From: Chrysomallon squamiferum
Taxonomy: Eukaryota; Animalia; Mollusca
Direction: 5' to 3'
Assembly: GCA_012295275.1 (NCBI GenBank)
Contig: CM022671.1
Location: 32,798,001 to 32,862,000, forward strand
DNA length: 64,000 nt
Shown here: one piece after another, positions 18,101-34,411 of the stretch
How the letters are laid out: each line of letters opens with the position of its first letter
How positions within the stretch are numbered: position 1 is the first letter of the stretch
The notes under the pieces: generated by a model
The model's database searches: none
Seen by the model: only the letters and a program-made list of their open reading frames with translations
Told to the model about the DNA's origin: nothing
Program-made: the position numbers and the translations under genes

Positions 18101-21100
18101 TCGCAAAAATTGGTAGAACACGGTGCTTCCTAAAAACTATATTTGTGTGTGTGTGTATGTGTGTATGTGTGTGTGTGTGTGTGCGCGTGTGTGTGTTACA
18201 GTTTAATAATAATAATAATCATAAAAAATAAAACGAACAAAAAATGAAAATATAGTTTATTACGACTGTATTATCAGTAAGTATTTATGTTCTTCAAATA
18301 TTTCTTTTACATAAAAGCATTGTCATTTTTACCAATTGAACGAAAGTTTGAAGACATCTCAATACTTCAGATATCAAACATGTTTTTTTTTGTTTTGTTT
18401 TGTGAATGTATGTATGTGTGTATGTATGTGTATATATGTATATGTAGGTATGTTTGTATATTTTTATATATGTATGTGAATGTATGTGTATGCAGGTATT
18501 AGTGAATGAATAAATAATGGAATGCATGAATGAATGTAATATACTATAAACGAGTATGCTATGAATTAATTAAATCCAGCAGCAAATAGTAGGGATTGTG
18601 GTAACGATGTTTTCTCAGATAACTCGGTACAACAGATAATCGTTACTACAGACGTTTTATGTCTTGATAATAGTTTTATTATTATCAGAGTTTGTCCGAC
18701 ACATGCACGGCGGTAATAGTTTGGCGAGAACCACAGACGTTTGGATGTACCGACTGGTGTTATTGCCAACAGCAGTTATAACTAAGAACCTTGCAAGTAA
18801 GTAATCGTTATTACTCTTCATTTCAGTGTATAAAATGATCTTTCTTTCTGTATTAATGTAATGTTTATTGTCAGTCCTTGTTCCAATTGCTGTAATTTAA
18901 CTATTAATTGATATGTTAGTCTAAGAGTATATTTTGACCAAGCATTTTAAAACAACTTTTAAAACAGTGAAAGTGTCTTGTAAATAATTATAACATTAAA
19001 TATTTTATTAAGATAAATCCCTGAAATACTGAGATTAAGAAAGCTAATATGATGAAAGCGTATTTCCATTAGACATATAGTGATATATAAGTGTAAATAA
19101 GAAAGAATGGTGTCTGTATATGTGTATGAGTAAAATAAACATCTCCGTCTACACACCCGCTGATGTAACTTACCCACAACCTATTACATATACTATATAC
19201 GTACAACCCACATACATACTGCCATTCGCTCGTACACACACAATTTAAAGAACTACACAAACCAAGCAGCAAAATTCATCTGATGCATCTAAAACATTTT
19301 CTTTTTGAGAACCAAACAAAGAAAACAGCTTCAAAAAAGTAATTAAGCTCTTTTAACGGAAAATGCCTCCTCTCTCCCACACCCAACTGCTAACCACTAA
19401 ACCATCTGCACGTAAAATGGTGTCAACTGTTGTTAAGTATACTTAACAAAACGTGTTTGAAGTTTTCTAGCGTCATTGAAACTGAATAGGAAATCGAAAC
19501 GTTATGTATTAATAATGAATAGCTGTTTGTGTACATTTTAAATGGCAAGGTAGATTTTCATCAGAATCGGCTGTGAAATCGACTTTTTATAAAGAGCACG
19601 GAAGAAAAGAAGCAAAAAAGAAAAAAGAAAGAAAGAATAGAATGAAAGAAATGAAAAATCGATGGAAAAAGAAAAGTTACCATTATCTGTGTAACCTTAA
19701 CCTTCACCTTTCTTTGACTTTATTTATTACCAGTAACCACTAAAATCGATGTTTGAAGTAACACAATTGTGATGTAGATAATATTTAATGTATAGGCTCT
19801 TGTCCCCAAGCCTTTCGTCCTACAAGTCATATGACCTTTTCCCATCTGGCCTTGTGTCTGGCTTTCTCACCACGTCAATATTAGGTTAAATGTTTCTGTG
19901 TTTCCCTTGTCTCTAAACACTGTGTTGAAAAAATAGTTTTGTTTGTTTTCATTGTTAAGTGATAAAGTTGCGAAACGTGAAGTTTGGTCATAATGCAAAA
20001 ATTAAAGTTCTTTTTTCTTTTTCCTTTGTTGCTTCTTCTGTTTTGTTGTTTTGTTGTGTGTTTGTTATTAATTTTTAAAAAATTGTTTTAACTTCTATAT
20101 CTTTCTTTTTGAGATTCTTTTTCTTTTTCACTATTTCTTGCTTCCTATTTTTCCCCATTTCTTGTGAGTTCTTCCTGTTGTTTTTTTCCCTTTCATTATC
20201 TCATTGTTTCAATACTTGTTGAATTAACTGTCGCTTTGTTTTTCTATTATCATTATTCGATTCTTCCTTCCTTTCTTCTTTTAGGAAAACAAAACAAAAA
20301 TGAAAATCAGAAAGACATGAAGCATTTATCTTAAATAAATATTCGTGTTAGCAACTTGAAATACACGGTATTTGTAATTCTGACTTACTTTGCTAAGCCT
20401 TTTCAAAGTCTTTCAGGATTATAAACAGAGTGAATATTTCTTTAGTATAATGTCAACATTGATAATGGTTCTCAGGTATGAAATGAACGTTTTATTCACA
20501 GTGATAACTTGAGAGAGGAAATCCGGCCATGCTACCTTTCGATGGCCTGTTCTTATCGATTATAAGGTTTTGTTTCGGTTTTTAAATATTAAATATGCAT
20601 ATATTTCCATAGTCAGACTACAGATTTGATACATCTGACAAAAATCACTGTCTGGAAAGAAAAATCGTCAAATAGCATTAATAAGGATTAAACCTAGCAT
20701 CTTTCCAATTCCTTGTGCTTGGCTCATTATTGTTTTTTTTAAAAATATAAATAGTGTTTTGTTACGTTTGACCTGTTTTGTTATAAAGTACATTAAACTA
20801 TCTCATTCTTTTAGTGTTTAAGTTATATCATATGTTGTGTGTTGTCAGTTCACCTTTGTCTTTTGTTGAGTTTATTTTTAACGTTTTTGTCTTTCGTTGT
20901 TGATCATGAACGGGTGCAGGAAACCGGTGTACGTGATTTGACAAATGATCAAGCAGGTTAAATTGTCAGACAGTTCTGCCGTGATACAGTTTTAACATTT
21001 TACTTGTCTGTTACAGTCAATGTTAGTATGTTACAGGGTTAAAGTTAGTACTAGTGTGTTACGGTGTTGATTTTAATATTAGTGAATTTCATGTTATTTT

Positions 21101-21661
21101 TAATCATAGTGTATTATTGTATTAATTTTGGCGTGTAACGTTTTTAAATGTAAATGTGTTACAATGCAAATATTAGTATTTTATTTGTTACCAGGTTAAT
21201 ATTTGTATGTTGGAATGCTAGTATTTATTTGTTACATTGTTATATTTGTTTGATCGGGTTTGGGTGTTAGTGTGTTAAATGTTAGTGTTCTAGTTTCGTG
21301 GGTTTCATGTTAGTGTTACTGTTTTACATCGAATATAAATTTGTGTTACAGTGTTAGTGTTACTTTATTTTTATTATTAATTATTATTATATATATATTT
21401 TTTTGTCATCATGTCACTATGCTAAGTTGTTCAGTGATGTCGCAGAATGACTAGGTTTACAGTGTTATTTAATTAACGATTGTTCTTAAATAATGCGACC
21501 TCGGATCTCGGCAAGACTTTCTGCCATATGTTTAACGAAACTAATTTGAGATGATCGACATTAATGATTTGTTTTCGGTTTTTTTGTTTTTGTTCAAAGT
21601 TAAAATTAATGACAGTGAAAACTAAGGATTGGGTTAAGGAAGAGTTAAGAGAAATAAAAAG

Positions 21662-21716
<55 letters not shown>

Positions 21717-22395
21717 TAACAATAACAACAATAATAATAATAATAATAACACAATACTAACAAAACTTATTGGCGAAGTATAATAATAAATAAATCGGCC
21801 AGAATGTTATCTTTATCTTGTTTCTTACTCCTTTTTTGTTTTCTTGTTTTTAGTTCTTATTTATAAAATTGTTTTACAACACTTTTTTTTTTTTTTAAAT
21901 TCTGAATATTTACAACTCGTTGAAATGTGTTCAATCATTGAAATCTAGAACATCGATCTGATGTTTTACTTGAACTCGGATACCACTGTTTTATGTTATT
22001 TCATCAATATCATATTTTCAGTATATTAGATTTTCACAATAAAATATTATCAGGGTGAATCGTATCGGAAACAGATGTTCTTGGCAGTGTTCATGTTAAT
22101 ATAGAACTTCTTACGTCTGTACATTTTATGATAAGGGCAATGCTGGAAATGCTGTTACAGAACTTTTAGATATTCTGACCGTAAGGAAAACGAGATCAAA
22201 TCCAAGCTGGTCTCTGCAAATCAACGAAGAATATATTGCTGTTATAATAAAGCCAAAATAATGAAAAAAAAAAAAAAAAAAGGAATCCTTTTAATTTAAC
22301 CTTTTGTATTTTGAATAAATAAAATGAATTAATTATTGAATCTTTGTCTAAGAATTTGATACCATAAAATATTATTTCCATGAACGGTTATTATA

Positions 22396-22449
<54 letters not shown>

Positions 22450-23138
22450 TTGTTTTAATTCCCATCAGTTACATGATCATTTTAAAAGATTCTATGCACT
22501 TTCGTTAAACAGATGTTTTGTTTCATTCCTGTTTGAATACGATAAATATCGAACTGATGATCAAATACTTGTATGTGATGTACAATTAGTATTAATTTTT
22601 GTTTTATTTATGATCGCTATATCGAAAATATTATTCAGTATATCTAGCTATTTTTCGGCGCAAATACACTGTCGGCTATTCATAATTAGTTAATTATTAT
22701 TAAAAACAACAACAACAAAAACAACAACATAAACATAAATAAATAAAAACAGTCTAAAATATAACTTTTTTTCAGTATAAAGACACTGTTCAAAAAGAAA
22801 CATTACTTTCTGCACTAAACTCTTATGCATTCTGTATGTAAAATAAATGTGATTCATCTGTGAAATATTGTTTCATTATCACATCTAAAAAAAACTCCCA
22901 GTCGCTGGAGTGATTAAAATAACATAACTGAATATTTAAATGTATACTATGTATTTCTGTACCATTACCAAATAATAATTAATTATAATAATTTTACATA
23001 TTTAAAATCTAAAATTATAATATCCTGTCAGTTATGCAATTAATTTCTTTAGCATCAGCAGTCTGTTTATTCGTGTCTGCTGCGCAATTATTATTTAAAT
23101 GTTGGCTCTTCCGTGGTTTTTTTTCTTTTTGTCTCATG

Positions 23139-23349
<211 letters not shown>

Positions 23350-26300
23350 TGCGCCATAGTCGAGAACATAACATCAGAATCGATTTCATTACCAGACAGC
23401 AAGTATTTGAAATATATTGTCCATTCACTTCAACCAACAATCATTTATCAAGTATTTATTTTACAGTGTATTTTGTTAAGTATTTCTCATCACGAACTTC
23501 TTAAAATAACACAGGTTAAATGTATGGTTTGTTCTGACACAGGTTATATTCGTATCAGGATAAACATTATTTGCACCGTTGATTTCTGTTTTACTATAAC
23601 TTGATTTTATAAAGGTCAAAACTGATAACAGAAACAAAAAAATAAGAAAAAACAAATATGGTGATTAACAATGTGATAAAATGAAATAGCTTAAGCAAAA
23701 CAAAAATCAATGACAACTGTTTATTTCAATGAAACATTTATTTATCTTGTATTCAGGATAGTGCATTTGTTAGTAACAGGTAGGCTTGTGCTTGTTTTCT
23801 TCTTTTTTCGTTCTCTTTCTCTGAATTTGTTGACACAAACAATATATTAAAATACATACAGCCATCACGTTCTAAGTAAGTGGGTGAAGAAGTTAGCATT
23901 AAACCATTCAGTTACAGACCTTTTAAATGAATACACGAATAATCTTACGAACTTGTAACTTTGAGATTGTAGCATTATTGAATATTGTAACCATTAATAA
24001 TAATAATAATAATAATAAACAAACTAACAACAACAAAAAAACCAGATAGAAATATTCAGAATATAAATCATTATTGATGGATCACAGATTTAACTTTTAT
24101 AGTTTCTTAGTTCGAACCGTGAGAAATTGTTCATGCTAATCCCTACGTTAGTATAAATATAAGTGGAATTTTCAAGAATTCTTAAAAAGAACATCATGAA
24201 CCTTAGCCGCCCGTTTTTCTGTCAAAAAAAGAAAAAAAAAAGATAATATATTTTTCTGATTCATGCTCAGTCGTAGCTGATTCATGTTAACATATAATGC
24301 AGGAGCCAATACGTTTTTAATATATATACAACATTTAGCTAGTCAGATAAAATAAACGCTGTTCAAGACTCACAGTTGCTTGCTGTTGGTTGTATATATA
24401 TTATTATTATTAATTAGTTATTGTTGTTGTTGTTGTTTTTGTTGTTGCTGCTGCTGCTGCTGCTGCTGTTATTATTACAGACAGATAAATATATAGAAAT
24501 CCAAATTATATGTATATGTGGATGGGGGTCGAGGTAACCTAATTCATACAAAATTTTAATTAATTAATTAATTATTTATTTATTTAATGTCATGCTTATT
24601 AGAGTATGCGTACGAGTTCTTTATTATAAATTAATTTATTCTAAAATTGATTTTTTATATTAATAACTTCTGAATAAATACTGAACATCAGAGAAAAATA
24701 TTATGTTGTTAGCACTGCTCCAAGGTTAGTATATCGGTGATTGTTCTTATTAGCTTATTACTGCTATTATTAGTATATTGTAATATGCTAATATCTGGAA
24801 TAAAATAAGTAAAATGTTAATTGTTTTAAAAGTTTATAAGAAGTAAGAAATGTTTACAAATGAAGTGTATGATTTATCTTTTTTCATTTTCAGTTTGTAT
24901 TCTTAACATTTAGACGGCTTATTGTCCTCAGTATTATGCTTAGTGGTAGAACACATCCCAGAATCTGTCTTCTTGATGCGTTTATTTAGCTTATTTAATT
25001 CTTACCCAGAGCCCCGTTTGTTCGTATGTTAGAGTCTGTAGAATCTCTTTTCTATGGTAAGGTGCATGTTAAAGGTATCTTCTTACTAACTGTTGATGGG
25101 AAAAACCTATTCCGTTCTATTCGTTCTGTTTAATAAAAATAAAAATTGTCAGAGAATCAGGTCAAAAATGATGCTTATATCGGGTGTGCATTTGGATTTT
25201 TGACTGGGGATATATATTGCCAGTGTTTATTTTTAAAACTTAATAATGCTGATTGTTATCTAATTGGTCAGTTTAGGTTTCTGATATGCGTAAACAGAAA
25301 AACGCGCTTCCTAACATTCTTTCCCTCTTACTCGTTAAAATGTTTAAAACTCATCATTAGTTCGTATTTTAGGAACTGCGACTGCGTACCGGAAAACATT
25401 ATGTACATGTATGCTCGTTGATACTACGTTACATCAAAAACATCAGTAATAGTTTTCTCTTTCAGTCCTGGATTAGCTAAAGGGTGTAGCAAGAGCTATT
25501 AGTGATAATACGAGGTCATTACTGATCGAAGAAAAAAAAAAATAAGAAAGAAAAAGAAAGAAAAAAAAAAAGAGAACGATAAAAGAAAAGAAAAGAAAAG
25601 ACAGAAAAAAAGAGAGAAAATGTACACTAGTTGTCTAACTGATATAATCATTAGACACAAATCTACATCGTCCTCAATGAAAATCCACGGAACAGTTTAC
25701 AAACTGCGCGAATCAACGTTAGCCGTTCCACACAAAACTGGTTAAAGATGTCAGACATGTTCTTTAATTGTTTGTTCCATTTCGGTAAATAGGTTACCGC
25801 TCCGTTGAGAAGCGGGCGGCAGAGTATGAGCCAATGCTAAAATACAAATCGGATTTCGCTATTCGCTGGAATTAAAGTGAAGAAGTATTGGAGAGACAGA
25901 AAAAAAGAAAAAAAAAAAAGAAAAAACCCACTAGTGCAGGCGGGCGCCTGAACTGTCGATAACAAAGAAGACTTTTCCATTATGTCGGTTAGTCCATGCA
26001 ATAGTTGTTGACTCTGTGGTAGACTGGAAACGACTAGTGCGTTATTTTCCTCAGCGCACAGAGGATGTGTTTGTTTTGGTTATCTCGCGATTCAGGATGA
26101 TGATGAAGCCTTTAGCACAAGGTTCGTGTAAGTTATTCACATGGTTGAAGTGACATGTAGCACGTACGAATGGAAAACGGTTCACGTTTCATTAGCATGT
26201 TGCAGGTAATGTAATAAGTTTGGAAGTAATGTGTGTTTTTATTTCATTAGTTTTAAACTTAATTTGTGCCATTGGTTTCACCAAAGTGCATTTTATTAAC

Positions 26301-26788
26301 ACTGGCAGACAGCGCTGATTGCCTGTGATTATTCTAGGTCGAGGTTTTTCATTCTCTGTTTACGTTCTGACTGAATAAGAAAATATATCGTTTTCTTGAA
26401 ATATCGTACGTACATTAATACAGTTTCCTTATGCTACATATTGTTTAATAATATTTCTATACAAGTATGTAAATATGTAGCACGTTCACATGTGTTTTTT
26501 GTGTGACTGCAGCATATACATTGTATTCATGTAGGTAGTACTGAATGTATTATATAAAATATGTCATTTGATGAGATACTCATAAAACCAGTTTGTATTA
26601 CGGTATCATCAATCATTAATTTATTTAATAAAACAGGATAGTTTATATTTAGAAAGAACTAAAAACATTTTATTTAAATGGAATATCCATTCTGTATTTG
26701 TATTAAATATTAGCTCTAGTTTTTCTTTTTAAAGTCTATACATCTTGATATAAATAAACGATTAATAATCTATCTCTGCTTATTATAA

Positions 26789-26829
<41 letters not shown>

Positions 26830-27374
26830 CATTATACTGCATATTATATACTGAGGAAACAAAATAATTTACCGAGTACAACATGTAAAATCTGACTACA
26901 TAAACCTTTTTCCACTGATTTGTTTCTTAAACCCCTTTCGAGTATGTCATAAAATTGTAGGCTGGTTTCCATGTCGAGTGCTGTAGGCAGTCATGAAATA
27001 TATCGATACATTAACAGTGAATGTAAATAAACCATTCTGTTTTGTAGCTGAGTGCCTGCTGAAAAATCCATGTTATTGATACGTTTGTAGTATGTAAATG
27101 CGTGTGTCACTAAAATAAAATGTAATCTTCAACAAACATTTTGGACAGAATGGAGGCATAAATCGTTTTGCAAATTTCAGTGATTGAAACACAATTCTAA
27201 AACCTATCACGTTATTTCACTATCCAGGCAGTATTAAAAATTAGTGATATCACTAGATTTAGTCTGGTAAATAGAATATGGCCTGTTTTTGTATTTCTTT
27301 ATCCATACTTGTGTTCTCCTTTTCCTCTTGTTTGCTACTCGGTGTCTGTCAAACCCATATATACAGACTCCCCC

Positions 27375-27385
27375 ACACACACACA

Positions 27386-27475
<90 letters not shown>

Positions 27476-27490
27476 GACACACACACACAC
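27375..27490. repeat. (CA)n(CT)n(CA)n compound microsatellite
   Basis: Read directly from the sequence. Confidence 0.9.
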
Positions 27491-28912
27491 TAATAATAAA
27501 TCATTTGCTGTCAAACTCCTAGCTCATTTTATCGTTCGTTTAATGCTGTTAAATGACATCAGCACAGACAAACAAGTATCAAATCATTGCTCTATATATA
27601 GACGACTGATCTAGAAAAAGGCCAACGAAATTATTTTCATCAATTCCTGACCTAGGACGGCTTGCTCGATGCTCGAATTGGGACATTGATTTTGTTACTT
27701 GATACTCCTGTTTACACATAATGTAGATCTCGTGTCTTTTTTATTCCTTTCATATCTGTTGATGCACAGATGACTGCGTTTAACAAACCACACTATTTGT
27801 CAGTTGTGTGACACTTAAAAACTAATTGGCTAGGAGTACAAGAAAATTGAGAATTTAAGTCAGTGTATAAAGGACAAAATCTCTCATGGCTTCAAAGCAT
27901 GCACAAGAATTTCACAGTTTTATAGTTCACAAAAGAACCATTGATAAGGACATCACGACGCGGTGTATGGTTTAGCGTTATACGAGGTAAAACATGATTA
28001 CAGGTAGTGTTTTACATTATAAACTATAAAGCGTGGATTTGTGCAATGTTACAGATCTATTACAGTATCCGGTTTTATATAGCATATGACGTAATAATTT
28101 AACAGAAGATGTACTACAGTTTACAGTGTTAGTTGAAATATTTGTATTTAAACATTTGTATCACATGTTAATATGAAATTATTTATTACATCATAGAAAA
28201 TGTATTTAGATTATTATGGAGTATAACTTGCATATGCAGTACAACGTGTAGGATAATATGACTAAAAACAAATGATACAGTTTGATGTAATATTACAAAT
28301 GCTAGTATTTAGAAGACGGCTAAATAAGTTCATGTCAGTGTCACTATATACGCTGTATAATATATATAATTGGACTTGTGTTACAATACGTAACAATATC
28401 ACAATAATGGTTTTGTGTACTAATATGGTACATTGTTATGTTTTACATTAGTGAGAGGTAATTTCATGTAATATTAAATATAGTTTTGGTCAAAAAAGTG
28501 ACATAATAATTGTGGTGTGAAAAGGATGCTATTTTTATATATTACGAAATATATTATATCTTTGTCTACATGACATAATCTTATGAAGTAGCGTCGTGTA
28601 TTATTAAGGAAAATCAAATATAAAGACATATGTTATCTTGACCTAGCTTCTATTCGGTTTAAAAGCTGTTTATTTCTATCTACAGAAACTGTGATGAATC
28701 ATTCGGCATGCCAGACATTTCGCCTGTCTGCCTAGGCACCTGCAATATTTGATGCCGTGTTATATTTATACAATTTGTGGTAAATAGCGCGCCTTTTTTT
28801 TCTACAGTTATAGCGTGAAGTAGGTATTTTTGGAAACGTCTTATTTCTCATGGATAATTTTATGAATATAATTGTCATAAAAACCCATAAAGAAGGAAAA
28901 TTATTATATTTT

Positions 28913-28956
<44 letters not shown>

Positions 28957-29567
28957 TTCTAGAAAAAGAAAGAAAGAAGAAGAAAATACTCAAATGTAAC
29001 GGGTCTTTCTGGTTTTCTTTTTGTTGGAGTATTGCGATTACTATTAGTACTACTATACTGATACTACTACTACTACATCTACCACTACTGCTATAGGTGT
29101 TTCAGTAGTGTTAACACTTAATCTAAACTGTTTTTTACGGAATTGGGTCAAACAATATATTGTAACTTGGTCCCAATTGTATTTTAATAGTTAATGAATA
29201 TCCGCTTGTCCCCTGTCATTTATGAACAAATGTTTGTAATCATCTTCAGTGCCTGGTGAATATTTCTGTGATGTATCATTGAATTAACAGCTTTAGGTCT
29301 TAGGATTGCTACTCTTGGGAGCATAACGATCTCTTTGTTACAGCCGCGGCTTCTACGTTTAGAACAAGATCTGAACAAGGCAGAAAAGCTTGAATCATTC
29401 ATTTTTTTATAAGCACGGTTAATTGGTAATAGTATTGACATTTACATTAACTGCAACGATAGCGCGAACAAAAGGAAATTTTCAAAATATATCTTTATAT
29501 CTATTTAATTTATTATTATTTTTGTTGTAGTTATTGTGTTGTTTTTTTGTTGTTGTTTTTTCTTCTT

Positions 29568-29598
<31 letters not shown>

Positions 29599-30468
29599 TT
29601 ATTATTATTATATAATTAGTTATATATTATCAATCATTTTTTATTCATCAAACATTAGACATCTGATACAAATATGAGCATTCTGTATTATTATTGTTGT
29701 CTTTCTGGTTTTGACGATCTTATTAAATTCATAGAAAAGTATCTTTAATGATATTAGTGTCTAAAGATGAAAACACTTAAAGATTATATTGCACAGAGGG
29801 AAATCGTTATATTGATTTTGCATGAGAACACAGCGGATATTACAACATTTAGACTTGTAACGAATACTACTCACACCAAGACATTGGTCTTTCTTTCTAA
29901 CGAGAAATGCTTGATAAATCTTGATTTTCAGATACGCTGATATCTGTATTCTGAAAGAAAGAATTACAGTGAGCATTTGTTGTAGTTAGAAAAAAAATAT
30001 ACCTAAAATAAACAATCTTTACGTCCTTAACTTAAATGTTTCATGAAGTCACAGAGAAACAGACAGACAGACAGAGATGTTGGGAGTGGAGTATATTTTA
30101 GAACCATGAATGGTATAAACATAAAATTAGTGAAATTTGCAAATGAATACCATCTCTTTAAAATTTTACCACTGAATCACTAAGCTAGCGACATGTAATT
30201 ATGTCATGTTATTTGATACTTTCATGTAAGATAATAAAAAAAATGTGTTTATTATGGTGGGAAGGACAATAACAGATGAATAATGTATGTTGTCAGTGAA
30301 AAATAATAGGTATTTATACGTATTGTCCTTAACCTTATTTAGCACGTGTTTGGCTTTTTCACTGAATTCTTTTTATTTCCATTTTTTTCATCAACTTGAT
30401 CTGCCAGGATTTTTTTTCTAGTTGTTTTTGTTTAACGCGTGTGTGCGTAGGCGTGCGTGCGTGCGTGC

Positions 30469-30499
<31 letters not shown>

Positions 30500-31758
30500 G
30501 GTGATGATGATGTTTTGCTAAGTTTCTCATTTGATAATGTTAATTAAAAAAAAATTGCATCCCAAAAATAGCCACATGCTTTTTTCTTTCTGTTTTTTTT
30601 TTTTTTTTTTTTTTTTTTCATTGATAAAGTCGTTCTGCGTCAATCGGATGTTTAAATGAAGAGGTGTTATTATTTATTACTGCTGTTAACACTGCTAATA
30701 GCAGGATACGATCTGGAATTCGACAGATATAATCCCTGAAACGTGATCACATTAGCCGGCCCATTTATACACGTCATTTTTTTTTTAAGTGTCTCCATCA
30801 TACACTAAGCCATGATAATGAAGAGAAAATCACAGCTTTTGACATCTGTGTATCTGAAAAATAAAATAAAATAAATAAACGGGAAGAAGTGTTTTTCTGT
30901 GCAAAAAATACTGAAGAAATATATATTTTTTTATATTGGTTTGTATTTCAGGGTTAGTTTATTCGCACGTTTATTTATTCACGTGTTATTTGTTAGTTCG
31001 TTCGTTCATAGAATCTCAGATTGATAAAGACATTGTAAATAATAGATAAGCATACTGTAAATAATTTTTATCATATGAGTTAAAATGATCAGTTCCATAA
31101 AAGCAATTAATTGATTAGGCATGAATTTAATCTATGATTAAATTTTCCAGCATTGTAACTATCAAATCGGTTTATGTAAATAACATGGCGGCTGCAAAAA
31201 CGTACAAAAGGAATCGGGTCGCAAACGTGAGTTTAGAAATGTTAACATTTTGTGGCGTTCAATAACTAATTATGTCGATGGGAAGCGCGTACGACGGCCC
31301 ATTGATAGGCTGCTGCAGGGCATTCGCTGGAATGGGAAATATCCCAACATGTTTACTGACGAGGATTAATCTAGCGACCCACATGACCATACACTTCGCT
31401 CTGCTGTTGATCTACATCTCGTTGTTAAATACATCTGTCTATTATGAGGATTGATGCACTTCACTTCTCTTAATAATATCCTTCTGGAAAATTTAACCAC
31501 ATAGAACATGAAAAGTTCCTTTTAAAAAAAAAAAAAAAAAAAGACGATTATGTTGGTAATTAGGATAGCAAAACAGCTAGGTTAATGGTTACCTTACCTG
31601 TCTTGTGACATTGGAAACAAAAATCTATAAAATGATATTAGACACTTGACAGTTCAGGTCACCCAGATGCATGCAGTGCATGCTTGTTTTGAAACTAAGT
31701 ACGCGTAAATAATCTGTTGTTTGTTCAAAATATTCTGCATGATGTGCTTCTGTGGTAA

Positions 31759-31979
31759 GTTTATATCTTAATCAATAACTGCGTTGCATTTGCACGGAAA
31801 TTCAATGATTGACGTTCACAAAGGCCCGCGTATCATGTTGCGTTGGCGATCTTATCTTTAAACATTAGCGGGTAAGCATATATCTAACCAGCTGACCTGC
31901 ATCTTTGAATAACCTTGATAATTCTGTATAGGTGGGTCGTCGTAGCAGTTTGACGTTAAAACGAAACTAAGACAACGTG

Positions 31980-32070
<91 letters not shown>

Positions 32071-32098
32071 AACACACACACAAACATGCACACACACA
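31759..32098 (+). mobile_element. Dispersed repeat, copy 2 (more complete), ending in (CT)n(CA)n
   Basis: Same blocks as 11929-12193 with extra internal segments and the same compound microsatellite tail. Confidence 0.75.
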
Positions 32099-34061
32099 GT
32101 ATGTATTTTCTAAGGTAAGCATTTTTTAATGACAAAAGCCTTTGATTAACCGAGAGGCTATCGCTGCTAATAAAAAATGAATACGTTTTTGTTCATGACT
32201 TTATTAATTTTTTTTAAAAACAAAACAAACCAAACATCCATTATCTCATCTCGTTTTCTTGTTTGTTTTTGTTTTTATTTTTATTTTTGTAGGGTTTTTG
32301 TTTTATTTTTTTTTTCATATATGTTTTAAAATTTATTTCTTCGGCTACATTAATGCTGCATAATTTTTTTTATTTGGTTTTGTTTCTTGTTTTTTTTTTC
32401 TTTATCTTCGTAGTCTTCATATCAAGTTTTTCTTGCAAAACATGTTGAAGTAGTAAGTTATTGTATGTATTTAAAGCGGAACGTGGACGCAATTTACGAT
32501 AAAGATAAGTTATCAATGGATGTTTAAAGAACGAATGACGCCATAACAAAAGCAGTAATAATAAAGTAATGACAAGCTTTAAAATATGAAAACTATTCTT
32601 CTTTGCATAAAATCTCAAGGATGCCCATGAAGGTCACAGCATTTGATACACTCACGTTCTTGGCGAAGCAGAATCCAATAGTCGGTTACTTGTAAATGAG
32701 ACTTTTTGACGTGTTGAAATTACAGACTGTAGGATGATAGAGAAATATTAAAGTGGGATTGGTTATGGCATAATTTGTTGTTTTCAATCTGCCGCTAGGG
32801 CCAGGTCAAAATGAGCAAGGGTCTGCGTGAAAAAATACATTAAGGAAAGGAAAATATAAAACAAGTAAAACAGGAAAGACTCTCGTAATTCGGCAGTATT
32901 TTAAACTGTTGTACAATGACATGCACTGAGATAAGACAATAATAAATAATAAATAAAAAGAGCCCAAGGGGCAATGTACTTGGAATCAATCCATCTGATA
33001 AAATTAACCCTCGTTAGTGTCCTTGAGAATAAACTGATTCTAACACAACAAATTACTGTCGGATTTGTGCGAGTTAATATCCCGTAAAATGCCGTGTTAA
33101 GGCGTTCTCGACAAAAATTTTGAGATGCTGTAGACCATATTTTGTTTGGTGTTTGATGAGTTGCGAGATCGATCCTTTTTTGTGCGCCTTCTCAGGCAGT
33201 TTCCCACATATACTTATCAAAAATCGTGGTATGTGCTTTCTTGTCTCTTTTGCGGTTCGTGTGAAAAAAAATTATGCTAATCGAAAAAGTGGGGATTATC
33301 ATGGCCGCAGTCTATTTGGTCTATCCCGTTTTCAGTATGGCCCTTAACCATATGTACGATTTAATCGTTGATTTAAATGCATAAAATATTTATTCCATCG
33401 TTTGCTAATCATAAAAATGAATGCATCTTTTTAAAACTAATAGTGTTAATAATATGATAAAATGGATGCTATTAGACGTGTGTACTTTAATGACAAAATA
33501 ATGGTTCTGTCAAGACACGCTCAGCTTGACAGAGGCAGATATGAAAGATAAAATGTAACAACTGAGAACCTCGAGTAATAAAATGTGTCACACGTTTAAT
33601 TCTTCAGAATCGGATTAACCGCAATAAAATAACTTACTACATTTTGAGACTTGCGGTTATCGGTAATACCATTTGTAAGTTGGATTAGTGGTCTGTGAGA
33701 GTTGGGATCAGTCCTATTCGGATTTCACTTTGTTTCCGTTTCCATTCTGTACATCAGGTCAGCTTATTAAAGGTATTGGCATCATATTCTGTGTCTCTGT
33801 GAGATATTCAACATCATTTGTGGCATCATAATAAAACAAAGTATTTTATTTCAGGTAACAGATTACTGCTAGTGATGTCATTTAAAAAAATGAGCATTAA
33901 TTTTGTTTATTGTTTATTATGATATTAATGAGGTTTTTTGTTGTATGATGATCAAATTTTTAATCATGCTTTTGTTTTGCTGTTAAAGAATGCATATGAA
34001 TATTAGATTTTTCTAGAATGATTTGTGATAGCTTGTGTTTGGAAAAGCAAATAATTTGTTT

Positions 34062-34100
<39 letters not shown>

Positions 34101-34321
34101 TAGAAAATTTCAGGAATATAAGCAATATTTAAACAGACCAAGATAAATCGAACACATTTTATTCTTTATTTGTGTTTTGATTGTTATTGTTTGATTTTTT
34201 ATCTTGTTTTTGATTATCACTTGTAACATTTTCACTTAACATTTAAATGTGTTTGAATATAAATTTCTTGTCAATAAATTAAGTAATGAACAAAAAACCA
34301 AAACCAAAAAAAAAAAAAAAA

Positions 34322-34411
<90 letters not shown>

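Noticed and set aside
28686-28779. Exon-like segment with CLGTCNI*, resembling an ShK-type CxxTCxxC motif
   Set aside because: It is a single short motif with a stop, the rest of the ShK cysteine pattern is missing, and it may be chance or part of the cyclase relic.
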